Numbered from the stretch's first letter, positions 19,344 to 29,803 are shown. The stretch is 64,000 nucleotides of DNA from Candidatus Moraniibacteriota bacterium (GCA_028688415.1 JAQTYF010000001.1:716020-780019), one strand, 5' to 3'. Notes: generated by a model not told the origin, from the sequence alone. Numbers and translations are program-made.

Positions 19344-20009
19344 TTAACGGTACATAAGAAAAAAGATGTCTGTCAAAAAAATAAATATCCAACTTGCCAC
19401 AAACGAATACCAGAGGGAGCGTGATCGATAAGCGATATATCCTGCGAACGGACAAAAGATGAGGAGCGGAGCCTTGTACCAAGAAAAGTCACCTTTCAAC
19501 AAGAAAAATCCGTAGAAAAAAGCTGCCTGCATCACTACTGCCCATATCCCAAATGATTTCAGCCAGAGTGATTGTATCAACCCCCGGAAAAACACCTCGT
19601 AAAGAGAAAGGACGATTGAAGAAAGAACAATTTCATAAAAGATAAACCAGAGAAAACTCGTCTGCACAATACCAGGGAACACGTACTGCTCATGAAAGAG
19701 AGGAAACATCAGTACAAGTCCGAGCTCGATTCCGCAAGCCACAATGAGCGCCAAGAGTACTGCAAGAACCCCTGATATAAAACGTCCTTTTTGCAAACCT
19801 AGGTTTTGAATCGGTTCACCTATGACCATTTTACTATACAACAATGGAATCACCAAGAAAAAAGCAATTCCTACAATAAATCCTTGGAGGACTGGACTAA
19901 AACTCTCATTCTCCTTGAAGAACAGGAGAAATCCCAACGAGAAGAATACGAGTATCCCCGTCACTATAAATCGTCTGTGCATCGCAAGCAATCTCAACAT
20001 ATGATTCAT
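19344..20009 (-). CDS. CPBP/Abi (CAAX-protease) family membrane protein, degenerate
   Basis: NLGL, YEVFFRG and AYRSRSLW motifs; multi-TM. Confidence 0.7.
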   Translation of the reverse strand: MNHMLRLLAMHRRFIVTGILVFFSLGFLLFFKENESFSPVLQGFIVGIAFFLVIPLLYSKMVIGEPIQNLGLQKGRFISGVLAVLLALIVACGIELGLVLMFPLFHEQYVFPGIVQTSFLWFIFYEIVLSSIVLSLYEVFFRGLIQSLWLKSFGIWAVVMQAAFFYGFFLLKGDFSWYKAPLLIFCPFAGYIAYRSRSLWYSFVASWIFIFLTDIFFLMYR

Positions 20010-20013
20010 ATAC

Positions 20014-20493
20014 TTATTTATCTCCTACCTTTCTCATTCTTGCTTCTTCCTTGGCCTGACGAACTGCATCGAGACGCTCTTGTCGTAGTTTTGATTTCGA
20101 TGGACGGCCTTCTTTTTTTGCTGATTCTTCTTCTTTTTTCCAAGCTCTTTTCGCCAGCACATAGAGCACGAATACCATAGCTGTCTGGATAGGAAGAAAA
20201 TTCAGTCCAAAACCAATAGCCTCAACTAATCCAAAGAAAATAACAACCAAGCCTCTCGCTATCTGCATATTCCCTCTTGTTCCCTTGGAAGACCGATCGA
20301 ATACGGTGAGAAGTATCCAAATAAGGAAAGACAAACAGAGAGTGATGATTGTCCCAATGCCCGGCAAAGAACCAATAAAGGCGAGATCCAGCAAATCTTT
20401 GAAAAGAGCAATCAGCCCTACTCCACCATAGAGAAGGAGAGACGGCTTCTCTCCTGTAAATTTCATTCCTTCGGTACCTGATTCTGAAGCCAT
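20014..20493 (-). CDS. Hypothetical membrane protein
   Basis: 3-4 TM segments with a basic tail, within the operon. Confidence 0.7.
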   Translation of the reverse strand: MASESGTEGMKFTGEKPSLLLYGGVGLIALFKDLLDLAFIGSLPGIGTIITLCLSFLIWILLTVFDRSSKGTRGNMQIARGLVVIFFGLVEAIGFGLNFLPIQTAMVFVLYVLAKRAWKKEEESAKKEGRPSKSKLRQERLDAVRQAKEEARMRKVGDK

Positions 20494-20572
20494 ATATACC
20501 AGTTAACAATTCCCTTATTCTTCTTTTTTTTGTATTTTGAGACCCGTGCCTTTTGCTTTGTTTGGTCTTTGT

Positions 20573-20588
20573 TCCGCCGGCTGGCGGA
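20573..20588. repeat. Short REP-like palindrome TCCGCC-GGCT-GGCGGA
   Basis: Same TCCGCC/GGCGGA stem as the element at 60414-60428. Confidence 0.55.
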
Positions 20589-20614
20589 TTGAATTTTGTG
20601 CTTTTTCTCTTCCG

Positions 20615-22474
20615 CTATCGTCCTGCATCAAATTCCGCCTTCGCTTGTTCTATTTCGAGCAACTGACGAGGATCAGAGGTGATGATCTGATCTTCACTGT
20701 ATGATGCGACTATCTTGATAGCGGCATGCTTGGAACCAGCAAAGAAAATACCTTCTCCGACATTACTCTCAAGCAACAAAAATTTCTCGTGATCAGTCAG
20801 ATAAAATGTCTCTGCAACAAGATCAATCGATGATGGGGATTGGCGAAGAAGGAGTTGCATCGAGGAGTTCGTAATAATTGGTTTTCCATAATGTGATGAG
20901 GCAAAATCGCCGATATCCTGAGTAATAGTCGTAAGTCCGGTATAGTATTTGCGACAACGCTTGGCGATACCAAAGAGAAACGCAGCAGCATCATCGTTTT
21001 GCATCATCACCCACGCCTCATCGACGACGATAACACGTTTTTTCATATGTGCACGGATTTCATTCCAGATGAATTGCAAGATGATATACATCGCGATTGG
21101 TCGAAGCTCATTCTCGAGATCACGAATATTGAATACCACAAGCTGATTGTCTACTGATATATTGGTTTGCTTGTTGAGAAATCCTCCGAAAATACCCTCC
21201 GTATAACGTTCGAGGCGCGCTGCGAGAGATTCTGCTCCTTCCATATTTTCGAGCACGGCATAGAGATCAGACATTGTCGGGAATGAAGAAGCTGTCAAAA
21301 CTGAGAAATCACTTGATTCGTTGATATCACGCACCGCGTAGGTTTCTCTGATGGCTCGATCAATAATAGAATCTTCTTCAGGGGTCACGGAGCCGAGCAT
21401 CAGGTGAATGAGTCCAATAAGATTGGCGACAGTATTTCGAAAAATATCCGCCCCTTCTTCATCGCCGATCTTTGTCGGAAGATCAAAAGGGTTCAGATGC
21501 ACATCTGAGGAAAGTGACACCTTGAGAAAAGCTCCACTCACTGCCTCACAGAGATGTTTGTATTCGTTCTCAGGATCGATGATAATGACGCTCGACCCAA
21601 ACATCATCGATCGAAGTATTTCGAGTTTTACGGTATAACTCTTACCTGCACCTGACTTGGCAAACACGACCATATTCGCATTTTCCATTTTGAAACGATC
21701 GAAAAGTATCAGACTATTATTGTGTCTGTTGATACCATAGAGAATACCTTCATTGGAAGAAAAATCAGAAGAAACAAAAGGAAACGTTGTAGAAAGTGGT
21801 TCTGTATTCAAATTACTCGCCACATCGAGCGTATCCATAGCAAGTGGTCTCGTCGCAGCAAACCCCTGATCCATCCGCATCACCGCAGGTTTGATATAGA
21901 CCAATTGGGATTCGAGAATAGCTTCTATGGACTGACATTTATCACTGAGCTCTTTCTCATTGGCACCATATACCGTCATATACAGTCCAAAACGAAAGAA
22001 TTTTTCTGTCCCTTGTTGCAGGTTCGTTCGTAAACTTTCGATATCCTGAAGAGCAGTCTCGAGTACAGGATCACTGATTTTCCCTTCTTCGGATTCGATA
22101 TGCATCTGTGATTGCACTTGGGTCGATGATTTTCGGAGGTTTTTCAATATTTCTGCCGTGTCAATTGGATGAATGAAAAGTGCCGTATCCATTGCAAAAT
22201 CAATGTTGATAATCGGAGAAAACCAATTGGTAGAGAGAAATCGTGGATATGCCACCACAAAATAGGTTCGTGACAGCACTTCTCCGATCTGCATCGTATT
22301 GGGGTTGAGACGAATAGCTGGAGGGGAAATAAAATCACGAATCGTAGTCAATCCTTGTTGATACAACGTTTCTTCTTTTGGCTTTGAATGATCGAGAAAC
22401 GACAAAAAAGACTTCTTGGATTTGTCGTCTGGAGATGATTGTTTCGGATCAATAAGTGTAATTCCTTGAGGCAT
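20615..22474 (-). CDS. virB4: VirB4/TraC-family type IV secretion ATPase
   Basis: AKSGAGKS, IIIDPENEY, LNPFD, VVDEAW and RKY..GLTTITQ motifs. Confidence 0.9.
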   Translation of the reverse strand: MPQGITLIDPKQSSPDDKSKKSFLSFLDHSKPKEETLYQQGLTTIRDFISPPAIRLNPNTMQIGEVLSRTYFVVAYPRFLSTNWFSPIINIDFAMDTALFIHPIDTAEILKNLRKSSTQVQSQMHIESEEGKISDPVLETALQDIESLRTNLQQGTEKFFRFGLYMTVYGANEKELSDKCQSIEAILESQLVYIKPAVMRMDQGFAATRPLAMDTLDVASNLNTEPLSTTFPFVSSDFSSNEGILYGINRHNNSLILFDRFKMENANMVVFAKSGAGKSYTVKLEILRSMMFGSSVIIIDPENEYKHLCEAVSGAFLKVSLSSDVHLNPFDLPTKIGDEEGADIFRNTVANLIGLIHLMLGSVTPEEDSIIDRAIRETYAVRDINESSDFSVLTASSFPTMSDLYAVLENMEGAESLAARLERYTEGIFGGFLNKQTNISVDNQLVVFNIRDLENELRPIAMYIILQFIWNEIRAHMKKRVIVVDEAWVMMQNDDAAAFLFGIAKRCRKYYTGLTTITQDIGDFASSHYGKPIITNSSMQLLLRQSPSSIDLVAETFYLTDHEKFLLLESNVGEGIFFAGSKHAAIKIVASYSEDQIITSDPRQLLEIEQAKAEFDAGR

Positions 22475-22542
22475 GATTTTTTATTTACTTTTTTCTTTTA
22501 ATTCTTCGTTTACTGTTAATTGCTATCTGTTAACTGTCTTTG

Positions 22543-23229
22543 TTATACCGATGCAATATCTACACCGCCCATGTTTTTTAGTATGGTAGCAGTAAAAAGT
22601 GATGGATTGTAGCTATTGTAGAGCAGTTCTACCACTTCTTCGGTATTGAGAGGAGAAACACGGACACCAGTCCCTCCGAGTACAGAAGAAACGTGTTCTA
22701 CGCGTTGCAAGAGTTGTGATCGATATGTTTCAAAGAGATGCCCAGTATCCTTGACTGCTTCTTTGGGCTGGAAAATACCAAAAAGTTTTGTTCCGAGGCC
22801 TCCTTGTTCATCTTCGACAGGAGAGAAGGGAATAACAACATAAAAATATTTCGACATGATATTTGATACGTCGGTCAAATTCTTGACAAAAGATTTGTAT
22901 TCGGAAATTTGAAAACGGAGGAGTTCATTTACTTGCTGCTTCTCTGCATCCTCGAGGAGATCAATATAAGATCGAATATCGAAGCGACGAGAGGAAACGA
23001 CGATTTGGACAGGGAAATCGAGTGAGTTGAGGAAAGACTGATATTGCGAAATAACCGCGTTCTGTTCATCGGTTGATTTCAGATCAAAATTGATCGAAGA
23101 AACAAGCAGGATGGAACGGAGCGCACCATTTTTGAGTACAATCACGCCATCACGAATTCTTTCCACATCGACATATTGTTGTGTACTTGATCCTCCTCCT
23201 GTTGTATTTTTTGGTTTCAAAAATTCCAT
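22543..23229 (-). CDS. VirB4-associated protein (TraC N-terminal-like)
   Basis: INFDLKSTDEQ...FLNSLDFPVQI; sits between the prgI-like gene and virB4. Confidence 0.7.
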   Translation of the reverse strand: MEFLKPKNTTGGGSSTQQYVDVERIRDGVIVLKNGALRSILLVSSINFDLKSTDEQNAVISQYQSFLNSLDFPVQIVVSSRRFDIRSYIDLLEDAEKQQVNELLRFQISEYKSFVKNLTDVSNIMSKYFYVVIPFSPVEDEQGGLGTKLFGIFQPKEAVKDTGHLFETYRSQLLQRVEHVSSVLGGTGVRVSPLNTEEVVELLYNSYNPSLFTATILKNMGGVDIASV

Positions 23230-23272
23230 TTTTCTTTTTTACCTATGATCACTTATCCTGTATCAAGTTTAT

Positions 23273-23677
23273 TTATTTCCCCTCTTGTCCGTCAAGTATT
23301 CGTGCCAATGCAATGAGTTTTTCTCTATCCATACGTTTTTCAGCGATTACAGGAATTTCGACTTTTTGTTTTACAGGCTCTCTATCCGATAGTTTGGGAG
23401 GTGTTTTCTTCCACACAGCGATTTTGGGACGGAAAAGAAAGAGAAAGGCATAGAAAATAAACGTTGTGAAAGAAAAGCCATTCGGTCGATAGAAAGCAAA
23501 AACAAGAAAAAGAAGAGCGATCGGTATACCCGCAACAATAAACAACGTGGTGTCGACATAACTAAACAACGTAAGGAGTACTGCTCCCATGCCGATCATC
23601 CAGCCAAGCTGTTTCCATGTGAGTGGACCGACGATCTTGTCTTCGATACCGATAAATTGTGGGACGCTCGACATCAT
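23273..23677 (-). CDS. PrgI/VirB3-like membrane protein
   Basis: VPQFIGIEDKIVGPLTWKQ, two TM segments, RPK..VW. Confidence 0.82.
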   Translation of the reverse strand: MMSSVPQFIGIEDKIVGPLTWKQLGWMIGMGAVLLTLFSYVDTTLFIVAGIPIALLFLVFAFYRPNGFSFTTFIFYAFLFLFRPKIAVWKKTPPKLSDREPVKQKVEIPVIAEKRMDREKLIALARILDGQEGK

Positions 23678-23742
23678 ACTGTTATTTCTCTAAAGAACAC
23701 CTCCTCTACTCTACCATATCCTTCCCAATAACATCAATTTCC

Positions 23743-24948
23743 TCAAGCATTTCTCTGTGATGGACGGATCACAAATGGATTCGAATCATCATTTCTCGAA
23801 TGTGTCACTTGAGGCGTTGTACTTGATACGGGTTCTGAAACATTCTTCACAGGATTCATCGTAGGTTGTGCTTGTTCTTCTTCATCTTTCTTGGTTTTCT
23901 GTAACATTTCCATTTCTGCTGGCAATATATGTCGTGCAGAAAAACTCATTGTACCATCTGTTGTTTTTACCTCCTGCGGATTCACAGTTGGTATTTGAGA
24001 GTGATGATTCTGGACGATGCGCATACTCGGTATGGTCGATTCAGTCTGTTTCATACCATCTGATCCTTGAGATTGCTTCATCGAAAAAGTCTGCGTCGTA
24101 GAAGGTATGTGTATCGGATTTTGCTTCAGAGAAGTATTCGTAGGAGAGACTGTGACAGACGGAGCAATAGGTGCTTTCTGACTCACATTTCCTGTATTAT
24201 GAAACTCGGGAAAGAGTACTTCTTGATGTTCTGTATCGATAGAAAGCGGGGTACTCTCTTCAATAGACTTGAGAATGAGATTGACACGTTCTCGCTCTTC
24301 TGGAGAAAGCTTGGCACCATTTTCGGAACGAAAAAGAAAATTTCCTCGATCGACACTATTATGATGACCCACGCCAAGCTCGTCACGATAGTACTTGATC
24401 CAATACAAGAGTGATGGTCGGACAGGTTCTCCTTGTGATTTAATTTTGATACGTTCTCTCGAAACGAGCTGGTTACCGAGGCGTTCATATTTCGACAGAG
24501 CTTCGAGAAGTGGCATATTGATGGTCATTTTCTTTGGTTCAGTTTTCTCCTCCGACTCCTCTACTCTCGCTTTAGGCTGTATGGTCAGGATTTCTTTCTG
24601 AATAAAAGCGATAATATCTTTGGCTTGATTCGGATCTCCGCCATTCGTCGTCATGAGCATACTTCCAATTTTTGCCTCACATTCTTCGATTTTCAATTCG
24701 CCAAAAAATATCTTCCGGATAAAAAGACTCATGTTTCCGATAGCGATATCATTGAGATGGAAATTTTCTTGAAGACGCTGAATAGCCGTAGCTATTTCGC
24801 TAGAGATCAAAATATCTCGAGATTGTTTTGATAACAGACGAAAATGCTTCCATAAAACATCTTCTTTTTGTCTATCCATAACATCTACTGAACCATCTTC
24901 AGAGACGAGCATTGGATAACACACTATTTTTTTATTTTCTTCTTCCAC
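23743..24948 (-). CDS. Hypothetical protein, low-complexity C-terminus
   Basis: 401-aa ORF co-oriented within the T4SS-like cluster. Confidence 0.75.
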   Translation of the reverse strand: MEEENKKIVCYPMLVSEDGSVDVMDRQKEDVLWKHFRLLSKQSRDILISSEIATAIQRLQENFHLNDIAIGNMSLFIRKIFFGELKIEECEAKIGSMLMTTNGGDPNQAKDIIAFIQKEILTIQPKARVEESEEKTEPKKMTINMPLLEALSKYERLGNQLVSRERIKIKSQGEPVRPSLLYWIKYYRDELGVGHHNSVDRGNFLFRSENGAKLSPEERERVNLILKSIEESTPLSIDTEHQEVLFPEFHNTGNVSQKAPIAPSVTVSPTNTSLKQNPIHIPSTTQTFSMKQSQGSDGMKQTESTIPSMRIVQNHHSQIPTVNPQEVKTTDGTMSFSARHILPAEMEMLQKTKKDEEEQAQPTMNPVKNVSEPVSSTTPQVTHSRNDDSNPFVIRPSQRNA

Positions 24949-24965
24949 GATATTTCTATATTAAT

Positions 24966-26906
24966 TTATGGGAGATCAGCTTGAATTTTCTGATATCGTT
25001 CAGGATTTGATATTCTTGTAAGCGTCATATAATTCTGAGCGTGAACTTCATTCGCATTTCCAGCTCTGAAAACATCTTGTTTTGCAACATCAGAGCTACT
25101 CATATTGCTCAACATATTATTCACAGCTGCTTGTCGGACAACACCTGCATTTCCTGCTGGATTTGCACGCATCGTATTTGCGACTTCGACTTCAATAAGC
25201 ACACTCGATTTTCCTTCTTTCTTCAATTTCTTATCAAGCTCTTTTTTAATATCTGGACCAAGTGCAGCCATATTATTATATTGGGTAACATCCATACTAT
25301 CAAGAGCGTTTCCATTTGCTTTCTTAATAAGCTCTTTCACTTTTTCTGCCTGTGCCTGAGGATCCTTGTTTGCAGACTTGATAGCCTCAACCGCATTATT
25401 TAATTCGCTTGCACTGCTAAATTGTTCTTTCTTTGCAAGAATGTTGGCTGCAGCTTCTCTCTCTGCAGCGCTATATTTATCTCTGGTACGAGGATCTATG
25501 TGTTCTTTCAATACTGTTGCACTCATTCGCCCTTCTTCCATTTTTTTCTCATTTTCTGCTACCTGCTTATTGTGTTGATTTTCTATGACTCGGTTATAAC
25601 CTTCTCTTCCTCCGCCTACACGACCAGCGATTCTTTCTTCTGTTTGTTGACTAGAATCTTTCCAATATTTTGGTGTGACATATTTCAATACTCCGTTATT
25701 CTCAGCCCTTTCCTTGATACCCTTTCCTACGCCCCGTGTCAGAGTATTATTATAAGTTTTCTTCCCTGCCCATTTGGTAAATGCTTGTCCTTTGTCGACA
25801 ACCATACCTGCTCCAACGATAGAAAACGATTTTGCGAGTCCCATTGTGAACCAAAGCATAATAATAGGAATAGAGAAAAGTGCCATAGAAGCAAAGAAGC
25901 TCTGATCGACTCCTACTACATTTCCCGCTACTGTCTTCATGTTTGCGAATACCTCACTCCCATTCCCGAGAGAAGAAAAGAGTCTCACTGAAACAAGAAG
26001 CATCAGCATAGCCGCCGGCCCAAAGAACGCATATTTCCAGAAATTGTCCCACCACATGCCCGAATATTTCTCCAATCCAGGAATGATAGACACCGCAAAT
26101 CCGACTGGTGAAAAAATCACGAGGACAACAAGTGCGACAAGACGAATCACAAACATAATCGACAATACGAGCAGTGTGATAGAAAATATAAAGAGGAAAA
26201 CAATAGCTATCAGAAGTCGTGAAATATTTGAGTCTTGTTTATTCGGCAGCAATGTAGTCTCGAGACTAGTAGCCGTAAGTGCAGAGCCGAATAAGCCAGT
26301 TCCACTTCCTGCACCTGGGTTACTCGCCATCATCTGATTGGCAAAGAAATACATCGGGACATTGGTCATATCGATCAAAGCTCGTGATACCGGGTAGCTG
26401 AAGTTGATAAACAGCGCTGCGAGGACAATACTGAGGAGAGCTTTCTTGAAATCTTTGCTCACCTGGAAAACAAGCGTGAATGCTGTGTAGAGGAGGACGA
26501 GAATGAAAAACAAATTGAAAAAATCACGAATAAATTTCCAAGATTCATATATTCCCGGATTTCCAAAAAGAACAGCCACATCTTTGGGATCAATAGCCCA
26601 TTCAAAGATGGTTATAGCAAGAGACGTTAATAAGCCAAGAGTAACAAAAATGCCGTAAAGCAACCACTGAAACGCTGGCTTTAAACCATCAGTAACGGCA
26701 CCACCGACTTTTCCTGCCGCCGTACTAATAGACTCAGAGACAGATTTTGGACAGAAAAAATCGCCACAGTCCCCGTAAAGAAAGCTCTGTTCAACTGCAT
26801 CTGCAGATTGTACATCAGAAAAAGAAAAAATCACTCCTGAGAAAAGCAAGAGTGCCAAAAATGAAACGATCAGATTTTTTTTTCTGTTTTTTGCGATAAA
26901 AGCCAT
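24966..26906 (-). CDS. VirB6/TrbL-like polytopic membrane protein
   Basis: WKFIRDFFN, ALFINFS, R...L..LVIFSP and WW..F motifs; helical C-terminal tail. Confidence 0.72.
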   Translation of the reverse strand: MAFIAKNRKKNLIVSFLALLLFSGVIFSFSDVQSADAVEQSFLYGDCGDFFCPKSVSESISTAAGKVGGAVTDGLKPAFQWLLYGIFVTLGLLTSLAITIFEWAIDPKDVAVLFGNPGIYESWKFIRDFFNLFFILVLLYTAFTLVFQVSKDFKKALLSIVLAALFINFSYPVSRALIDMTNVPMYFFANQMMASNPGAGSGTGLFGSALTATSLETTLLPNKQDSNISRLLIAIVFLFIFSITLLVLSIMFVIRLVALVVLVIFSPVGFAVSIIPGLEKYSGMWWDNFWKYAFFGPAAMLMLLVSVRLFSSLGNGSEVFANMKTVAGNVVGVDQSFFASMALFSIPIIMLWFTMGLAKSFSIVGAGMVVDKGQAFTKWAGKKTYNNTLTRGVGKGIKERAENNGVLKYVTPKYWKDSSQQTEERIAGRVGGGREGYNRVIENQHNKQVAENEKKMEEGRMSATVLKEHIDPRTRDKYSAAEREAAANILAKKEQFSSASELNNAVEAIKSANKDPQAQAEKVKELIKKANGNALDSMDVTQYNNMAALGPDIKKELDKKLKKEGKSSVLIEVEVANTMRANPAGNAGVVRQAAVNNMLSNMSSSDVAKQDVFRAGNANEVHAQNYMTLTRISNPERYQKIQADLP

Positions 26907-27025
26907 ACAGCTCTCGAAAATACCAGGAGAGAAAGAATTATCTTTTTTCAGTATACCATAAAAAAGAAAAGAAGGAAGCGTTTGTCAACACTCCCTTCTT
27001 CCTGTTTTTCATTATTCTTCTCCTC

Positions 27026-27116
27026 TATCTTTTATCTCGCATCCCTTATCCTGCATCACTTATCTCTTATCTTGTATCACTCATCCTGCATCACTTATCC
27101 TGCATCATGTATCCTA
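27026..27116. repeat. 13-unit heptamer array (YATCnnn)
   Basis: tatcttt tatctcg catccct tatcctg catcact tatctct tatcttg tatcact catcctg catcact tatcctg catcatg tatccta. Confidence 0.92.
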
Positions 27117-27119
27117 TTC

Positions 27120-28448
27120 TTAGTAGATGAATCCTTTGATAGCACGACTCGATGCAGAGAGTGTTCGACGACTCGTCTTGGCCCAGCCGACATAGTTCAT
27201 CTCGCTTACCGTGATAGTATCGCCACTCACTTTTTCTACAAGAGCAACGTGACCATAGAAACGATTCTCAGTGGTTACCATGATAGATCCGACTCTCGGT
27301 GTTCGTCCTGTCTGATAACCAAGTGCTTTGGCCTTATACAGCCATGTACCCGCATTACCACTCCACGGGACATAACGTTTCTGGGCGACATACCAGGTAC
27401 ACCATCCGTATGGGAATCGATGACCTGTCCCTGCTTTACCATCGAGTTTACGCCCAGAAGAAATATCAGTTGCTGTACCACCAGCAGAGCTGGCATACTG
27501 TCGTCGTTCCAGTGTACCGGCAGGTGTCGGCTTTACCACTTCTTCTTTCCTCCCATCTGGGATGATAATGACATCACCAACGGTTATCTTTCCGTTGGCC
27601 GGAAGCTCGTTGAAAGCAATAATTTTACTTTTTTCTGCTTTGAAAGATGCTGCGATAGTATCGATGGTGTCACCCTGCTTCACGGCATAGGAAAGTCCAG
27701 CGACAGGAAGGATAAATATCTGATCCCCTGGCTTGATCTGATCGACGTTATCGAGGTCGTTCGCCCACAAGATAGTATTGACAGTGATACCGTTCTTGGT
27801 AGCAATCCCACTCACAGTGTCTCCTGATTCGACGGTATAGATCTTGACACCACCATCTTCTTCTGGATCACGAGCGATAGCACTCTCTGTAGAGAGAATA
27901 ATTTGATTGCCACCAGCTTGACCCTGCATATCAAAAAAAGAAGTATCATCCTTCTGGTTTGGATCTATGGTGCTTGCCGTACTGGCGAGCGGTACGAGGG
28001 AAAGATTTTCTTTCTTACTGGTTTGAGCAGCAATACGATGTTTCGCAGAGAGAGATTGTTCACTGACAGTATCTCCATTGACATAGCCAAACAAGAGACT
28101 ATCAGCGTCTTTCCCTTGAGTGAAATTGCTCGCCGAAACAAGGAGAGTGCTGGAGGCTACGATAGAAAAAGCCGAGTAATTACGGAAAACACGCACGACA
28201 CGATAACCAGACAATTCTTTGATGAATTGGAGGAAATGTTTCTGAGAAGAATGTGTACGGGTATGCAGATTTTTCAAATGACCTGACAGTGTCATTGCCT
28301 TCTCCTCATGAGGGGTACGTGTCAACAATGAGCGTACATGATTCTTGCTCATCGCGAGACGAGCCTTGAGAGAAGGATGTGGGGATTGAGTATTTATAAA
28401 ACTCTCGCCTTTCAATTGATAGAACACTCTAGATACAAATTTTCTCAA
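27120..28448 (-). CDS. LysM-LysM-CHAP peptidoglycan hydrolase (true start probably downstream)
   Basis: Two LysM repeats (YTVESGDTV, YAVKQGDTI); CHAP motifs GWCTWY, GNAGTW, GHVALVE, VSEMNY. Confidence 0.9.
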   Translation of the reverse strand: MRKFVSRVFYQLKGESFINTQSPHPSLKARLAMSKNHVRSLLTRTPHEEKAMTLSGHLKNLHTRTHSSQKHFLQFIKELSGYRVVRVFRNYSAFSIVASSTLLVSASNFTQGKDADSLLFGYVNGDTVSEQSLSAKHRIAAQTSKKENLSLVPLASTASTIDPNQKDDTSFFDMQGQAGGNQIILSTESAIARDPEEDGGVKIYTVESGDTVSGIATKNGITVNTILWANDLDNVDQIKPGDQIFILPVAGLSYAVKQGDTIDTIAASFKAEKSKIIAFNELPANGKITVGDVIIIPDGRKEEVVKPTPAGTLERRQYASSAGGTATDISSGRKLDGKAGTGHRFPYGWCTWYVAQKRYVPWSGNAGTWLYKAKALGYQTGRTPRVGSIMVTTENRFYGHVALVEKVSGDTITVSEMNYVGWAKTSRRTLSASSRAIKGFIY

Positions 28449-28737
28449 AATGAGAAAAAGAGAGCATCAAGCATTTATCCTAATTTTTACAAAATTCAGT
28501 ATACCTTATTCAGAATTACCAGTCAATGGAAAAAAAGCAAAAAACCACTCATTACGGCTTAAATAAAGCTTATTTTATGTTTATAATTTGATTTTTTGCT
28601 TTATATAAAGCTTTTTATATTTTTACTCATTCTTGCGGTACTATACATTCCCTTCATTGTCGTTCCAACGTAGGCGGGAATCTAGAAAATAAAAAGTGAA
28701 ACATTCATACCAAACATGATATACTTTAAGTATTATT

Positions 28738-28830
28738 CATCTTGCATCTCTTATTATTTTTTCCTTTTTTCTTTCTTATCTTCTCTTTCTCTTTTAATCA
28801 CTCATCCTGCATCACGCATCACTTATCATT
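28738..28830. repeat. Heptamer arrays (2 + 5 units) upstream of the recombinase
   Basis: catcttg catctct ... aatcact catcctg catcacg catcact tatcatt. Confidence 0.8.
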
Positions 28831-28834
28831 TCTT

Positions 28835-29803
28835 ATGCCAGAAATAGAAAAGCAAAAAACAGAAATACTGGCTCTAGCAAAGGATTTTTGTGACCATCTT
28901 GAAATAGAAATGAGTCGGTCCAAGAAAACAGTAGACAGCTATATTCGTACGCTCTCATACTTTTTTGTGTGGGGAAAAATAAAAACTCCTCAAGATATTA
29001 CAGCAGAAAAAGTACATGAGTACAGAATCTATCTCAACCGAAAAATGACTCGAGAGGGAGAGACTCTCAAGAAAAGTACTCAAGCCTACCACGCCGTCGT
29101 CATCCGCACGTTCCTTAAATATCTCTCACGACACGATATCAAAACACTTACGGCGGAGAAAATCGAGATAGGAAAAACTCCTGATCGTCAGATCGATTTT
29201 CTTGAATACGAAGAGGTAGAGAGACTTATTTCTGCTTCTGATGGAGTCCACGTGAAATCTCTTCGTGACAAGGCGATTCTCGAACTCCTCTTTTCTTCTG
29301 GTCTCCGTGTGTCTGAACTCGTTAGTCTCGATCGAGATCATGTCAATCTCGACAAAGAAGAATTCAGTGTCCGTGGTAAAGGGGGGAAAATCCGTATTGT
29401 TTTTATTTCTCCAGATGCCAAAGATGCTCTCAGAAAATATCTCGAAAAACGTGTCGATGTCGATCCAGCGCTCTTTGTCGCTTATCAGAAGCCTGGACTC
29501 CAAAACAGAAAAAGTGCAGAAAGAGAAAGCAACCGTCTCACTGTACGAAGCATCGAACGCCTCGTCAAATACTATGCCAAGAAAGCTGGCATCATAAAAG
29601 ATGTTCATCCTCACACGCTCCGACATAGTTTCGCAACCGACCTCCTCCGGAACGGTGCTGATATCCGCTCTGTCCAATCAATGCTCGGTCATGCCTCTAT
29701 CACGACCACTCAGATCTATACCCACGTGACCAATGAACACCTCAAAGAAGTTCACCAGGCGTTCCATGCGAAGAGGAAGAAGCGGGGGGAAACTGATAAT
29801 TGA
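28835..29803 (+). CDS. XerC/XerD-family tyrosine recombinase
   Basis: GLRVSEL, GKGGK.R, HPHTLRHSFAT and LGHASITTTQIYTHV motifs; ATG at 28835. Confidence 0.93.
   Translation: MPEIEKQKTEILALAKDFCDHLEIEMSRSKKTVDSYIRTLSYFFVWGKIKTPQDITAEKVHEYRIYLNRKMTREGETLKKSTQAYHAVVIRTFLKYLSRHDIKTLTAEKIEIGKTPDRQIDFLEYEEVERLISASDGVHVKSLRDKAILELLFSSGLRVSELVSLDRDHVNLDKEEFSVRGKGGKIRIVFISPDAKDALRKYLEKRVDVDPALFVAYQKPGLQNRKSAERESNRLTVRSIERLVKYYAKKAGIIKDVHPHTLRHSFATDLLRNGADIRSVQSMLGHASITTTQIYTHVTNEHLKEVHQAFHAKRKKRGETDN

Noticed and set aside
26982-27827. 281-aa plus-strand ORF, and the long N-terminal extensions of xer (28742) and ubiA (32603)
   Set aside because: The ORF is antisense to LysM-CHAP, and the extensions are translations of heptamer arrays (LILHHLSL, SCITHHLS).
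16564-29803. Integrative conjugative element (T4SS plus tyrosine recombinase)
   Set aside because: No relaxase or att repeats were seen. The recombinase is a housekeeping Xer type, and the flanks are core genes.
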